A stretch of 63,223 nt of DNA, filler included, from an uncultured bacterium (GCA_964543655.1; 5 parts of 5 records of this genome joined end to end with filler, not necessarily neighbours in it); one strand, 5' to 3'. Numbered from the whole stretch's first letter, positions 1 through 9,303 are shown. Notes: generated by a model from the sequence alone, not told the origin. Made by a program: numbers and translations.

Positions 1-42
1 TCGAAATTCGAAAAAAATTAGTCTTTAGTCGATAGAATTTTG

Positions 43-246
43 TTAGGGTATTAAGATATAGATTTGGGATTTGGGGATTATATAAACAGTTTTTACCGAA
101 CTTTCCAACACATCTAATATACATTTTAAAATAAATTCTACAAATTTTGAACATTCACCTTTTTTATCACAATTTTCCAAAGCATTATAATATCCATCCT
201 AATTGTCTCGAATAATACTTTCAAGAGGTAAATATTTAAAAATAAA
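43..246 (-). pseudogene. Fic-family protein C-terminal remnant with internal stop
   Basis: Manual translation FKYLPLESIIRDN*DGYYNALENCDKKGECSKFVEFILKCILDVLE resembles the C-terminal helices of Fic proteins; in-frame TAG at 199-201, no start codon, no HPF motif. Confidence 0.6.
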
Positions 247-336
247 AATTTTGTTCTGTTTTTTTATTTTTTACCTTACTGTGCAGAGGTCTTATCAGGA
301 ATAGGTTTTCTTCATTTTAATCAATTTTCGAGTTGG

Positions 337-3300
337 TTACATAACAACTTTTGCAAAAGGAACAATTCTTTCCCAAAAAGAATTCCCACCATGAATGTAT
401 CTGTTTTTCATTTTCTCTGTGTCAACAAATCCATGGTCAGATAATAAATAAAAACTCTGAAAATTTTTTAAAATAGGTAAAATTCCCTTTTTAAATTCAT
501 CCAAAATAATGGTAAAAAGAGGGTATAAATCAAGTGTTGTGCTGTGTATTTTTTCATCTATAAAATTAAAATTAACAATATCATTTTTTGAAATTTTTTT
601 GATTTGTCTCTTTCCTGTAATGTGTTCACCCCATTTTAAAATATTCTTATTTTTTAACATTTCCCTAAAAGAGAAAGTATCAGTATGCCAATTTATTAAC
701 ATTGGGTAGTCAAATACTTTAAAACCAGACTGAATTAACTCATTTTTTATTAAAATCCATAAATCAAACCTTAGTGCATCGAAAATAAATAAATTTGAAT
801 CTATCTGGTTTAAAACATTTTCAATATATAGAATTCCGTCATATTTATCTATGTCCTGGCTATTTTCATAATCGTAAATTAAACTGTTATATAAGTTTGA
901 TACTTTATCAAACAAATCTTTATTAAAATAATCATTTAATTGGTTCTCATACATTAATTTTATATAGGAGAGGTTTAATGGTGCCACTACATTCTGAAAA
1001 ATTTTAACTCCTTTAAATTTATATTTTGAATTTATTAAATTAAAGAAATTCAAAAGTTCATTAAGAATGTGGTCTTTACTCTTTAATGACACCTGAAATT
1101 TATTAATTAAAAGCCTCTGTAAAATTTCATTTCTAATATGCTTCTTTATTATAGCAAATGATTCTGAATCTAAAAATTTAATTAACTCTTCATCTTTAAA
1201 ACTTTTTAAATTAAGCTCATTTATATGCTCATTTAATTCTTTAAAAATATCTGAACTATTAATTATAATGTTGTAAAGTTTTGTCCCTTCAACACTGTAT
1301 TTTGCAAGACTTTCTTTAAGATTGTTATATGTTTGAGATGATTCAGTAATCCAGAAAATAGTCTCTAAATCATCTCCTATTAATTTTTGAAAAAAATCTT
1401 TTAGTTCGCTATATTTTAATCTTTTTCCTTCTATTTCTTTAAGCTTTTCTTTTAAATTAAGCTCTTTTATTTTCCATTTTCCTTTTAATGCTTTTGCTAT
1501 AATTTTTAAAGTATTATCATTAATAAATGGTAAAATTAGTTCCAAATTTATTGTAGAAATATTGTTAAGATATAAAATTTGCATAACTTCATCTTTAAAA
1601 TTCTCTTCACCAATTAAAAAAGTTTCTATTTTTTCTCTATTTTCAGGTAAGTTTATTTGAGAGATAAAATTTTTTATTCCTTCTTTAATAATGTTTTGAA
1701 AATCTATATTAATTTCAGGTGGTTCTTGATTAATAACAAACCCACATTTACAAACAGGTGATGAGAAGAGTTGGGCACTTAAATTCTCATTACATTTTTC
1801 TGGCAATTTTTTTAACATTGAATTAATTTCATAAAAATCATATTTGAAGGTTAATTCTGGCACATAAAAAGATATTTTATTTAAAATTTTAAATTCATTT
1901 GTTGACTCAATTAACTCTTTTAAATTAAAGATATTGTCTGAGTAAAATTTATCATGAGCCTCTTGATAAAAATTAAAATAATCTTCGTAAAAGTCATTCC
2001 ATTTTATTATTAGTTTTTCAAATTCTTGAAATGAATATAGATATTCATCTATTTCAATTAAAAGTCTCTTTCTTTTATTTTCAATCTCTTCTGGTAATAT
2101 TAGAGCGTTATCAGTGAGATACAAATAAATTCTATTTATCTGGTGAAATTCTTTATTGAAAAATAGAAACAAAGAATCTAAATATTCTATATTGTTTTGA
2201 AATTCTGGATTTTCTTTCAGATAAGCAAGAAAAGCTTCAAGCTGTTCAGATGGTGATCCAGTTAATTTTATTGAATTTAAAAAAATTTTTAAATTATTTA
2301 TCAAAGATTCATCTAATCTAATTTTAGAAAATATAGTATAATCTTGATATTTATCAATATATTTTTCTATTTCAGAAATCTTTTTTCGATATTCACGAAT
2401 AAATTTAGATACTTCTTTCCACATATGTTTCTGGGTTACAAAAGTTGGAACATCTTCTGTTTCTCCCCATATAAAAGCTCCATTTTTTATATATGGCAAA
2501 TATTTATGATTAATTGTTTTTCCCTGTTTTAAAAATTGAATTTCTTTAAAAAATTGGTTTATATCTTTAAAATCAACAGGTTCATTAAATTCATTAAAAG
2601 GGATAAGATAGCCAGAAACTATTAAAACAGAGATTAGAATATAAAATCTATTATATGTTAATCCCCATTTACCTTTTTTAAAAATAGTTCTTAAATTAAA
2701 AATGTTTTGCTCATGATTAACAACATTTAAAATGTTTGAAATTAATTCATTGTTAACATCTATTTTTAAATAAAAATTCTCATTTTTTTTCTTTATAATT
2801 CCAAGAGGATTTAGAAAATTTTCAATTAAAGAAAAGAAACCTTTTTTATTTGCATCTTCAAATGAAATTTTTCCTTTTAAAATAAAATTATTAAAAAGAT
2901 TGGTTAGTTGAGCTTTAGGAACATAATCAATAAGTGGCATTATTTCAAAGTGTTTATAATGAACAGAATTTAAAGGAGTGTCAAAAACTGTTTTTAAAAA
3001 TTTTTCAAAAGGTAAAATTCCTGCTTCTTCAAGGTTTAAAATTACCTGATTATCACCTGATATAATTTTCCCTTTAAAAAATTTATCTGTAACAATTTCT
3101 TTAAATTCAAGCTCTTCCTTTTTTATTTCATCTGATAATTCATTATATTTATGTTTTAAATTTATTTTGCTGAAATAATTTATAATAAAATTAATTTCAT
3201 AATCTGAAAAAGGTGAAAGTTGCCAAAAAAGTATCAATTTTAAATATTGATTGTCATTGAATAGTTCTTTTAATGATTTTATCCAGTTATACTCTTCTAT

Positions 3301-4863
3301 AAAAGGGGATATAATACATAGATAACCATCAACATTTTCAGCAACATAAGATAGAAATCTCTCAAATTCATATTTCTGAGGAACTTTAAATATTGGCAAA
3401 ATAACAGCCTCTCTTTGAGTATTTTGCCATATAAATTTAACTTTTCTACCTTCTAAGACATTGTTTAAAGGTAGAAAATTATATTTTAGATTTTTTAAAA
3501 TTGTTTTAAATAAAAACTCCTTATTATGAAATTTTTCAGTCTCTTTTTTTATATCAGCTTTTATTTTTAAAACTTCTTTAATTGATGCATCTATAAAGTA
3601 GGTTTCACCATCTTTTTTTAAAAACATTCTATTTTGAACAAGTGGTTCTAATATTCCATCTTTAACAAATTCATAATTTATATTTTCATTAAATGTTGAA
3701 AATTTTTTCAATAAGATTTCAGCTATCTCTCTATAATTTTTTCTTTTTTCAGATGGTGAAATTTCAGTTAGTATAAGTATTTTTATAATAGAGAGAGCTG
3801 TTTCTGTTAATTTGTCATTTTTAATTATAGAATCAATATTCTGTTTGTAGTAGAGATATACAGATGTTACAAATGCTGTATAGTCAGGTATTTCTCTAAT
3901 TCTATCTTCAAAGTTGTCATAAATTTTATCAGCAGTAATAAGGTAATCGTAAGGCTTTTCTAAATTTAACTTTACTTCATTAACAACAAAGTGAATAACC
4001 CCTCTATGCTGGGAAAAAATTGGAGTTAGCCCTGATAAAAATTTAACTGTTATTGGATGCAGAGGATATGTTTTCTTAAAATTATCAAATGAAATCTTAA
4101 AATTAGGATAGTAGTTTTTAAAATTATTAAAAACCTCTTCTATAAATTTTTCTGCTCCTCTTTTCTTAAGAACAATTCTTTTGTCAATAATATCTTCTAT
4201 GTGTGAGGAAGTTAAATTAATTTTTATAGGGTATCTATCTTTAATCCTGTTGAACATAGAAGATGATATGTGACCTGTATCCTCTATCCATTCTTGCAAA
4301 GATGCAACAATCCATAATGGGTTATTAAAAGAATACTCACCAAGATATTGTAAAAATCTCACATCTTCATAAAAAGATGCTGGATTTTCTTTTGAACGTA
4401 AAAATTCACTTAATTCATCAATTATAATAACAGTTGGCTTATTTATACATTTTTTAAAAACTTCGTCTCTATTTAAAACTTTATTCTGATAATCAAAATA
4501 TTCCAATATTATACTTTCAAGGGATCTTGAAGATGGGTATTTGGTTAATAAAATTTTTTTTGTGTTTGTATGAGGAAAGTTTTTAAATTCAGGAAAGTTA
4601 TCCTTTATTTTTTTACAATCATTTAAAATAATATATAGATATGACAAAAAATGAGATTTTCCACTTCCAAAATTACCTTTTACAAATATTCCGGAGCCTT
4701 TATTTTTATAAATTTTTTCAAGAATAATTTTTAATGCCTTAAACACCTCGTCAGTTAAAACAAATGATTGGTATAAATTATCTCTATTATTATCAATATC
4801 TTCAATATTAATAACAAGATCAATATTAGGAATTTCTACAATATCTTTTAATTTTTTTCCCAT
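337..4863 (-). CDS. BrxC/DUF6079-like P-loop ATPase fused to a C-terminal PglZ-like (alkaline phosphatase superfamily) domain
   Basis: 1508 aa; Walker A GNFGSGKS, Walker B VIIIDELSEF, YPLHP motif, C..CKCGF motif; C-terminal FIFDALRFDLW, IDEKIH, LLSDHGF, HGGNSFWERIVP. Confidence 0.75.
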   Translation of the reverse strand: MGKKLKDIVEIPNIDLVINIEDIDNNRDNLYQSFVLTDEVFKALKIILEKIYKNKGSGIFVKGNFGSGKSHFLSYLYIILNDCKKIKDNFPEFKNFPHTNTKKILLTKYPSSRSLESIILEYFDYQNKVLNRDEVFKKCINKPTVIIIDELSEFLRSKENPASFYEDVRFLQYLGEYSFNNPLWIVASLQEWIEDTGHISSSMFNRIKDRYPIKINLTSSHIEDIIDKRIVLKKRGAEKFIEEVFNNFKNYYPNFKISFDNFKKTYPLHPITVKFLSGLTPIFSQHRGVIHFVVNEVKLNLEKPYDYLITADKIYDNFEDRIREIPDYTAFVTSVYLYYKQNIDSIIKNDKLTETALSIIKILILTEISPSEKRKNYREIAEILLKKFSTFNENINYEFVKDGILEPLVQNRMFLKKDGETYFIDASIKEVLKIKADIKKETEKFHNKEFLFKTILKNLKYNFLPLNNVLEGRKVKFIWQNTQREAVILPIFKVPQKYEFERFLSYVAENVDGYLCIISPFIEEYNWIKSLKELFNDNQYLKLILFWQLSPFSDYEINFIINYFSKINLKHKYNELSDEIKKEELEFKEIVTDKFFKGKIISGDNQVILNLEEAGILPFEKFLKTVFDTPLNSVHYKHFEIMPLIDYVPKAQLTNLFNNFILKGKISFEDANKKGFFSLIENFLNPLGIIKKKNENFYLKIDVNNELISNILNVVNHEQNIFNLRTIFKKGKWGLTYNRFYILISVLIVSGYLIPFNEFNEPVDFKDINQFFKEIQFLKQGKTINHKYLPYIKNGAFIWGETEDVPTFVTQKHMWKEVSKFIREYRKKISEIEKYIDKYQDYTIFSKIRLDESLINNLKIFLNSIKLTGSPSEQLEAFLAYLKENPEFQNNIEYLDSLFLFFNKEFHQINRIYLYLTDNALILPEEIENKRKRLLIEIDEYLYSFQEFEKLIIKWNDFYEDYFNFYQEAHDKFYSDNIFNLKELIESTNEFKILNKISFYVPELTFKYDFYEINSMLKKLPEKCNENLSAQLFSSPVCKCGFVINQEPPEINIDFQNIIKEGIKNFISQINLPENREKIETFLIGEENFKDEVMQILYLNNISTINLELILPFINDNTLKIIAKALKGKWKIKELNLKEKLKEIEGKRLKYSELKDFFQKLIGDDLETIFWITESSQTYNNLKESLAKYSVEGTKLYNIIINSSDIFKELNEHINELNLKSFKDEELIKFLDSESFAIIKKHIRNEILQRLLINKFQVSLKSKDHILNELLNFFNLINSKYKFKGVKIFQNVVAPLNLSYIKLMYENQLNDYFNKDLFDKVSNLYNSLIYDYENSQDIDKYDGILYIENVLNQIDSNLFIFDALRFDLWILIKNELIQSGFKVFDYPMLINWHTDTFSFREMLKNKNILKWGEHITGKRQIKKISKNDIVNFNFIDEKIHSTTLDLYPLFTIILDEFKKGILPILKNFQSFYLLSDHGFVDTEKMKNRYIHGGNSFWERIVPFAKVVM

Positions 4864-5735
4864 TTTTCAGCTTTTTTTAAATATCCATAAAGTTTTTTGG
4901 CATTTGGTTTTTTTGCAAGAATTTCTTCAATTAATTTTTTAAAACCTGAATAATCTTTTTTAGCTTCATATATTTTAAAAACAGTTTGTATTAAAATATT
5001 GTCTTCTGGCTCTTTAAAAAGAACTTCCTGCAAATACTTCAAGGCATTTTCAAAATCTTTTAATCTATAATATGTGTATCCAAGCATTTTGTAAAGAAAA
5101 AAGCTTTCTTTAATTGTCATAAGATTTTTATAAATTTTTAAAGCATCTTCAAATCTGTTACTTTTTCTATAAAATCCTGCAAGTAATAGATTTAAGTCAT
5201 AGTCATCTTTGTAAGAGGGTAAGATCATAAGATTTTCAATTTCATTAATAGCATCAGAAAGTGGTAATTTTTCAAATTTCTCTTTATAAATTTTATAGTT
5301 TCTATTTTTTTTGTTACTATTTGATTTTATCTTTATTGGCAATTTATTTATTAATTTTTTTGATTCATTTGTTGAAAAATTCCTTTCAATAACGCTTTTT
5401 AAAAAATAGTAAAATTTATCACTGAAATCTGGAAGATCTAAAATAATACTCTGAATAAAATCTTTTATCTCCTCTCTATTCTTTCTCTTTTCTAATATAA
5501 GTATATAAGTCTGATTAAAAAACTCATCATTTTTAAATTCACCCAATAAATTATTTGCCTTAGTATATGCTTCATCTATTTTATCAATTTTATTTAATAA
5601 AAAAATTTCATACTTTTTTAAAAAGTTATTTGTAGGATAAATAGCAAAAGCTTCATTTAATAATTTTAAAGCTTCTTCTAAATTGTTATTTTTTTGGAGA
5701 GAAATTAATTTACTGATATATTTTTTTAATGTCAT
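4848..5735 (-). CDS. Tetratricopeptide-repeat protein
   Basis: 295 aa with TPR-like helical pairs (LAGFYRKSNRFEDALKIY, LGYTYYRLKDFENALKYLQEVLFKEP); overlaps the start of the ATPase gene by 16 nt. Confidence 0.8.
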   Translation of the reverse strand: MTLKKYISKLISLQKNNNLEEALKLLNEAFAIYPTNNFLKKYEIFLLNKIDKIDEAYTKANNLLGEFKNDEFFNQTYILILEKRKNREEIKDFIQSIILDLPDFSDKFYYFLKSVIERNFSTNESKKLINKLPIKIKSNSNKKNRNYKIYKEKFEKLPLSDAINEIENLMILPSYKDDYDLNLLLAGFYRKSNRFEDALKIYKNLMTIKESFFLYKMLGYTYYRLKDFENALKYLQEVLFKEPEDNILIQTVFKIYEAKKDYSGFKKLIEEILAKKPNAKKLYGYLKKAEKWEKN

Positions 5736-5935
5736 TTAACTAAACCCAAATTTTTTTACTATATTGCATATTTTTTATTTTTTTTCAAAGAAAATATATT
5801 TTTTAAATCAAAAGATAAGCAAGCATAAGAAAAGTTGAAAAAGATTTACATTTCTCATTAAGAGTTGAACTAAATTTTAAACAAAATCAAGCATAAAATC
5901 ATAAATTCTCAAGATAATTGACAATAATTTACAAA

Positions 5936-6043
5936 AAAGCAATTCCCTTTCTATTCGGGAATGTTCGAATCTTAACAAATCCTTTGTTTCAAATTAGTGA
6001 AGATACAGTCGCAATTCCCTTTCTATTCGGGAATGTTCGAATG
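5936..6043 (-). CRISPR. Trailer end of a CRISPR array (2 repeats, 1 spacer), cut by the contig end
   Basis: 32-nt identical core at 5939-5970 and 6011-6042, period 72. Full repeat on minus strand ATTCGAACATTCCCGAATAGAAAGGGAATTGCGAC with ATTCCC/GGGAAT hairpin; 37-nt spacer 5971-6007; left copy degenerate at its 3' end. Confidence 0.85.
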
Positions 6044-6143
6044 NNNNNNNNNNNNNNNNNNNNNNNNNNNNNNNNNNNNNNNNNNNNTTAATTAATTAAN
6101 NNNNNNNNNNNNNNNNNNNNNNNNNNNNNNNNNNNNNNNNNNN
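6044..6143. other. Artificial contig linker
   Basis: N run with central TTAATTAATTAA six-frame stop. Confidence 0.99.
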
Positions 6144-6617
6144 ATCATTATGATATGCACCATGCATAATTTCATACAATGTATTGTAGCGATTTTCTGG
6201 TTTTTTATTTTCCTGAACAAGGTAAAGATATTGCGCGTACATCCCTTCAATTGTTAAAGGCAAATTTGGATTAGAAACTTTAAATCTATTTCTGTAGTAC
6301 CTGCTCAATAAATTTTTAATTTTATGAATATTAACCCTCTCCATTTTCAAGTCTTCAAAGCTAATGCTCATATCTTCAAGTGCATTTTTAATTACTGATG
6401 TTTTTGCATAATATGAGATAAGTTTTTTTAAACCTTCAAAATAAGAAAATATACGTGAAGACTCTGCTTCTGTAATGGCTTTTAATTGGTCAAAGTGAGC
6501 ACTTCGCATTCGAGAAGATGACTTTGTAACAGCAATGAAAATAAGTGTTGTAGATAAAAATAGAATGGTTATTACAAGAATAAGTATTAATTTTAATCTA
6601 AACGTAAGGTATTTCAT
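6144..6617 (-). CDS. N-terminal part of a membrane sensor, probably a methyl-accepting chemotaxis protein (truncated by the contig end)
   Basis: N-terminal TM helix followed by Cache-like periplasmic sequence (AQYLYL..N..P, Y...H..YH); ORF runs into the gap. Confidence 0.6.
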
Positions 6618-6638
6618 TTTATTATTAAAATTTATTTT

Positions 6639-7349
6639 CTAAGGGAGCAAAAATTCTCCTCCTCCACTTTCACATGCACTTTTCATTGCACTAATATAGG
6701 ATGAGCCTATTTCTTTATAATATGTAATTTGTGCGAGGGATTCCTGAATCTTTATTTTGCACGCATATGTAAAATCTTGAAATATTGGGCAATGCTCTTT
6801 TACAAGTTGTGAATTCATATATTTACAATATTGTTCAGCAGTTTTCACAACATCTTCTTTATCTATATTTCCCTCAATATAGTATAATTCCAGACAGCTT
6901 GGGAAAGAGCCATTAATTGTATAACCACAATAACCAATTAATTCTTCATTACCATAATTAACACTATTTTTAAGCTTTATCTCTTCAATTAGAAATTTCG
7001 AAATCTGGGTATTAAACTTTAAATTTACAACATATGCTTTTCCATTTAAAAAAAGTTCCGGGATTATCAAATTTCCTGTAACACCATTGAAATAAGGTGT
7101 ATCAGCTGATGTATCGCACATTCCATTAATCTGATACAAACTTTTTAAATCAATTGCTAAAGCAACACCATATGGAGAGGTAGGTGAACTTTCAAGATTC
7201 AATTCTAAATGATAACATAGCTCAGGATGATCCTGAATATAAACCTCTGAAATAATCAACTTTTGACTTTTAGCATCAAAACTAACCTTTTCTGAAAATA
7301 AGAGGGTAGGGATAAAAAGGATAATTAATAAAAAAATCAATCTTTTCAT
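6639..7349 (-). CDS. Secreted hypothetical protein with duplicated beta domain and Cys-rich C-terminus
   Basis: Signal peptide MKRLIFLLIILFIPTLLFS; AGGAGG RBS; 236 aa. Confidence 0.75.
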   Translation of the reverse strand: MKRLIFLLIILFIPTLLFSEKVSFDAKSQKLIISEVYIQDHPELCYHLELNLESSPTSPYGVALAIDLKSLYQINGMCDTSADTPYFNGVTGNLIIPELFLNGKAYVVNLKFNTQISKFLIEEIKLKNSVNYGNEELIGYCGYTINGSFPSCLELYYIEGNIDKEDVVKTAEQYCKYMNSQLVKEHCPIFQDFTYACKIKIQESLAQITYYKEIGSSYISAMKSACESGGGEFLLP

Positions 7350-7481
7350 GCTCTACCTCCTTGAATTTTTTTGGCTAAAAAGAGGTGAAAATATTGATTA
7401 CAACCTTTAAATTAATTTATATAAAAAACTCCTCTTTACAAATTTTGGCAGGCATGAAAGATATTACAACTCTCCTGATAT

Positions 7482-8012
7482 TTAAAATTCAATACCTCTC
7501 TGCGCTGTAATTCCTTGTTGATAAGGGTGTTTTATCTCTTTCATTTCTGTAACCAAATCAGCTATCTTAATTAATTCAGGGAAATTATCTGCACCTCTCC
7601 CTGTTAAAACCACATGAACATTCTCTGGCTTATTCTTTAAAATATCTAACACTTTTTCCTCTTTTATAAGATTATAACTGAGCGCATACAGAACTTCATC
7701 AAGAATAACAAGCTTATATTCATTGGAATTAATTGCATCTTTACCTTTTGCAAGAGTCTCTTCTGCAAGTTTAACATCTTCTGGGTCAGGGTCTTTAGCT
7801 CCAAAATTTACAAAACCTTTTCCCATTGGCAAAAGAACAAAATTATCAAATTTTTTAGCAGATTCAAGCTCACCATACTTCCATGAGCCTTTAATAAATT
7901 GAACCATGCAAACTTTAAAATTATGGCCGAGCGCTCTAAAGGCAAGCCCAAGTGCTGCTGTGGTTTTCCCTTTGCCATTTCCAGTATTGATTATAATGAG
8001 ACCTTTTTTCAC
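7482..8012 (-). CDS. cobO: Cob(I)yrinic acid a,c-diamide adenosyltransferase (CobO/BtuR)
   Basis: TGNGKGKTTAALG, QFIKG, LVILDE, VVLTGR, KHPY..GI.AQRGIEF. Confidence 0.93.
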   Translation of the reverse strand: MKKGLIIINTGNGKGKTTAALGLAFRALGHNFKVCMVQFIKGSWKYGELESAKKFDNFVLLPMGKGFVNFGAKDPDPEDVKLAEETLAKGKDAINSNEYKLVILDEVLYALSYNLIKEEKVLDILKNKPENVHVVLTGRGADNFPELIKIADLVTEMKEIKHPYQQGITAQRGIEF

Positions 8013-8064
8013 AGCTCCCTCCTTTTCTCCTATAATCTCAACATAGTAGATGCTACATTAAAGA

Positions 8065-9279
8065 TTATTCATCAATACCACATTCTTCATTGGTTAAATA
8101 ACATTGCGGATCTTCCATCCAGGGATCATTATAAACTCTGAGAGCTCTCACTCTAAATGAGCCACCACATGCATCTATCCATTTGCATTTTGAACATTTT
8201 CCCTTTAACAGAGGTTTTCTATTTTTCAACCCTGCCATTAATGGATCAGATGTATCCATCCATATTTCACCAAATGGTCTCTCTTTAATATTACCAAAAG
8301 TATAATCCATCCAGAATTGATCTGGATGCACATTACCAAAAAAATCTATCTCACCTATTCCAACTCCTGTGGAATATAAACCACCACCATTCCATTTAAG
8401 TAGTTTTATTACTTCCTCTGCTTTTTCTGGATTCTCCTTTTTTAATTTCAAATAGAGATATATACCATCCACATGATTATCCACAGTAAGAATTTCCTTT
8501 TCAAGCCCTCTTTCTGAAAAATCTTTACTTCGTCTTAAAATAATATCCATTGCATCCCTTGATTCCTCATGAGTGAGATCATCTTTCATAATATCTATTC
8601 CACGGCCAGCATACACAAGATGATAAAAACATGCTCTATTAATATTTTCCTCTTCAATAAAATCAAATATTCTTTCAAGGTCAAGATAATTCCTTTTAGT
8701 AAGGGTGAGCCTTAAACCAACTCTCTGTCCAACTTCTACACAATTTCTAAAACCTTCCATTGCTTTCTCAAAAGCTCCAGGAACTCCTCTAAATTTATCA
8801 TTAATTTCACCAATACCATCTAAACTAATTCCTACATATGTAAAACCTGTTTCTTTTAACTTCTTTGCTTTTTCCTTGGTAATCAAAGTCCCATTTGTTG
8901 AAAGTGTCGGCTTTACACCATTTTCAAGTGCAAACTCTGCAAGTTCAAAAAGGTCTTTCCTTAATAGTGGCTCACCACCGGAAAATAAAATTGCAGGAAC
9001 TTTAAACTCACCAAGATCTTTAATCATTTTTTTTGCTTCATCTGTTGTTAATTCACCAGAATAATCTTTATACTCTGAGTCAGTGTAACAATGAACACAT
9101 TTAAGGTTGCATTTCCTTGTAGAATTCCAAACTACAATAGGTCTTCTTTCTGATGCAGCTTTGGGCAATCTCTTTTCATCTACACCTCTGCAATGGAAAA
9201 TTTTATCATGTTTCTGCCCATACCTAATATCATCACTTGGTGTATTTTCTCCACAGTATAGCTTTGTAATATTAATCAT
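8065..9279 (-). CDS. ahbC: Radical SAM/SPASM protein, 12,18-didecarboxysiroheme deacetylase (alternative heme synthesis)
   Basis: MINITKLYCG N-terminus, VVWNSTRKCNLKCVHCY, CFYHLVYAGRG, VHPDQFW; start moved to the ATG after GGAGG. Confidence 0.85.
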   Translation of the reverse strand: MINITKLYCGENTPSDDIRYGQKHDKIFHCRGVDEKRLPKAASERRPIVVWNSTRKCNLKCVHCYTDSEYKDYSGELTTDEAKKMIKDLGEFKVPAILFSGGEPLLRKDLFELAEFALENGVKPTLSTNGTLITKEKAKKLKETGFTYVGISLDGIGEINDKFRGVPGAFEKAMEGFRNCVEVGQRVGLRLTLTKRNYLDLERIFDFIEEENINRACFYHLVYAGRGIDIMKDDLTHEESRDAMDIILRRSKDFSERGLEKEILTVDNHVDGIYLYLKLKKENPEKAEEVIKLLKWNGGGLYSTGVGIGEIDFFGNVHPDQFWMDYTFGNIKERPFGEIWMDTSDPLMAGLKNRKPLLKGKCSKCKWIDACGGSFRVRALRVYNDPWMEDPQCYLTNEECGIDE

Positions 9280-9303
9280 AAAAACCTCCAAATATTGTTT
9301 AAA

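Noticed and set aside
1-77. Short heptamer duplications (TCGAAAT, GATTTGG), also TTGAAC units near 59656-59670
   Set aside because: Only about two copies each; too short to support a repeat element
337-5735. Calling the locus a canonical BREX system or cas genes
   Set aside because: No methyltransferase, brxA, brxB or brxL and no recognisable Cas motifs on this contig
5991-6005. 15-nt match (AAATTAGTGAAGATA) between the CRISPR spacer and the HEAT gene at 17178-17192, suggesting self-targeting
   Set aside because: The flanking spacer bases do not match; a 15-nt AT-rich hit in an AT-rich window is plausibly chance
6044-6143. Repeated TTAATTAATTAA palindromes inside N runs
   Set aside because: Artificial contig linkers; ORFs running into them and gene order across them are not biological
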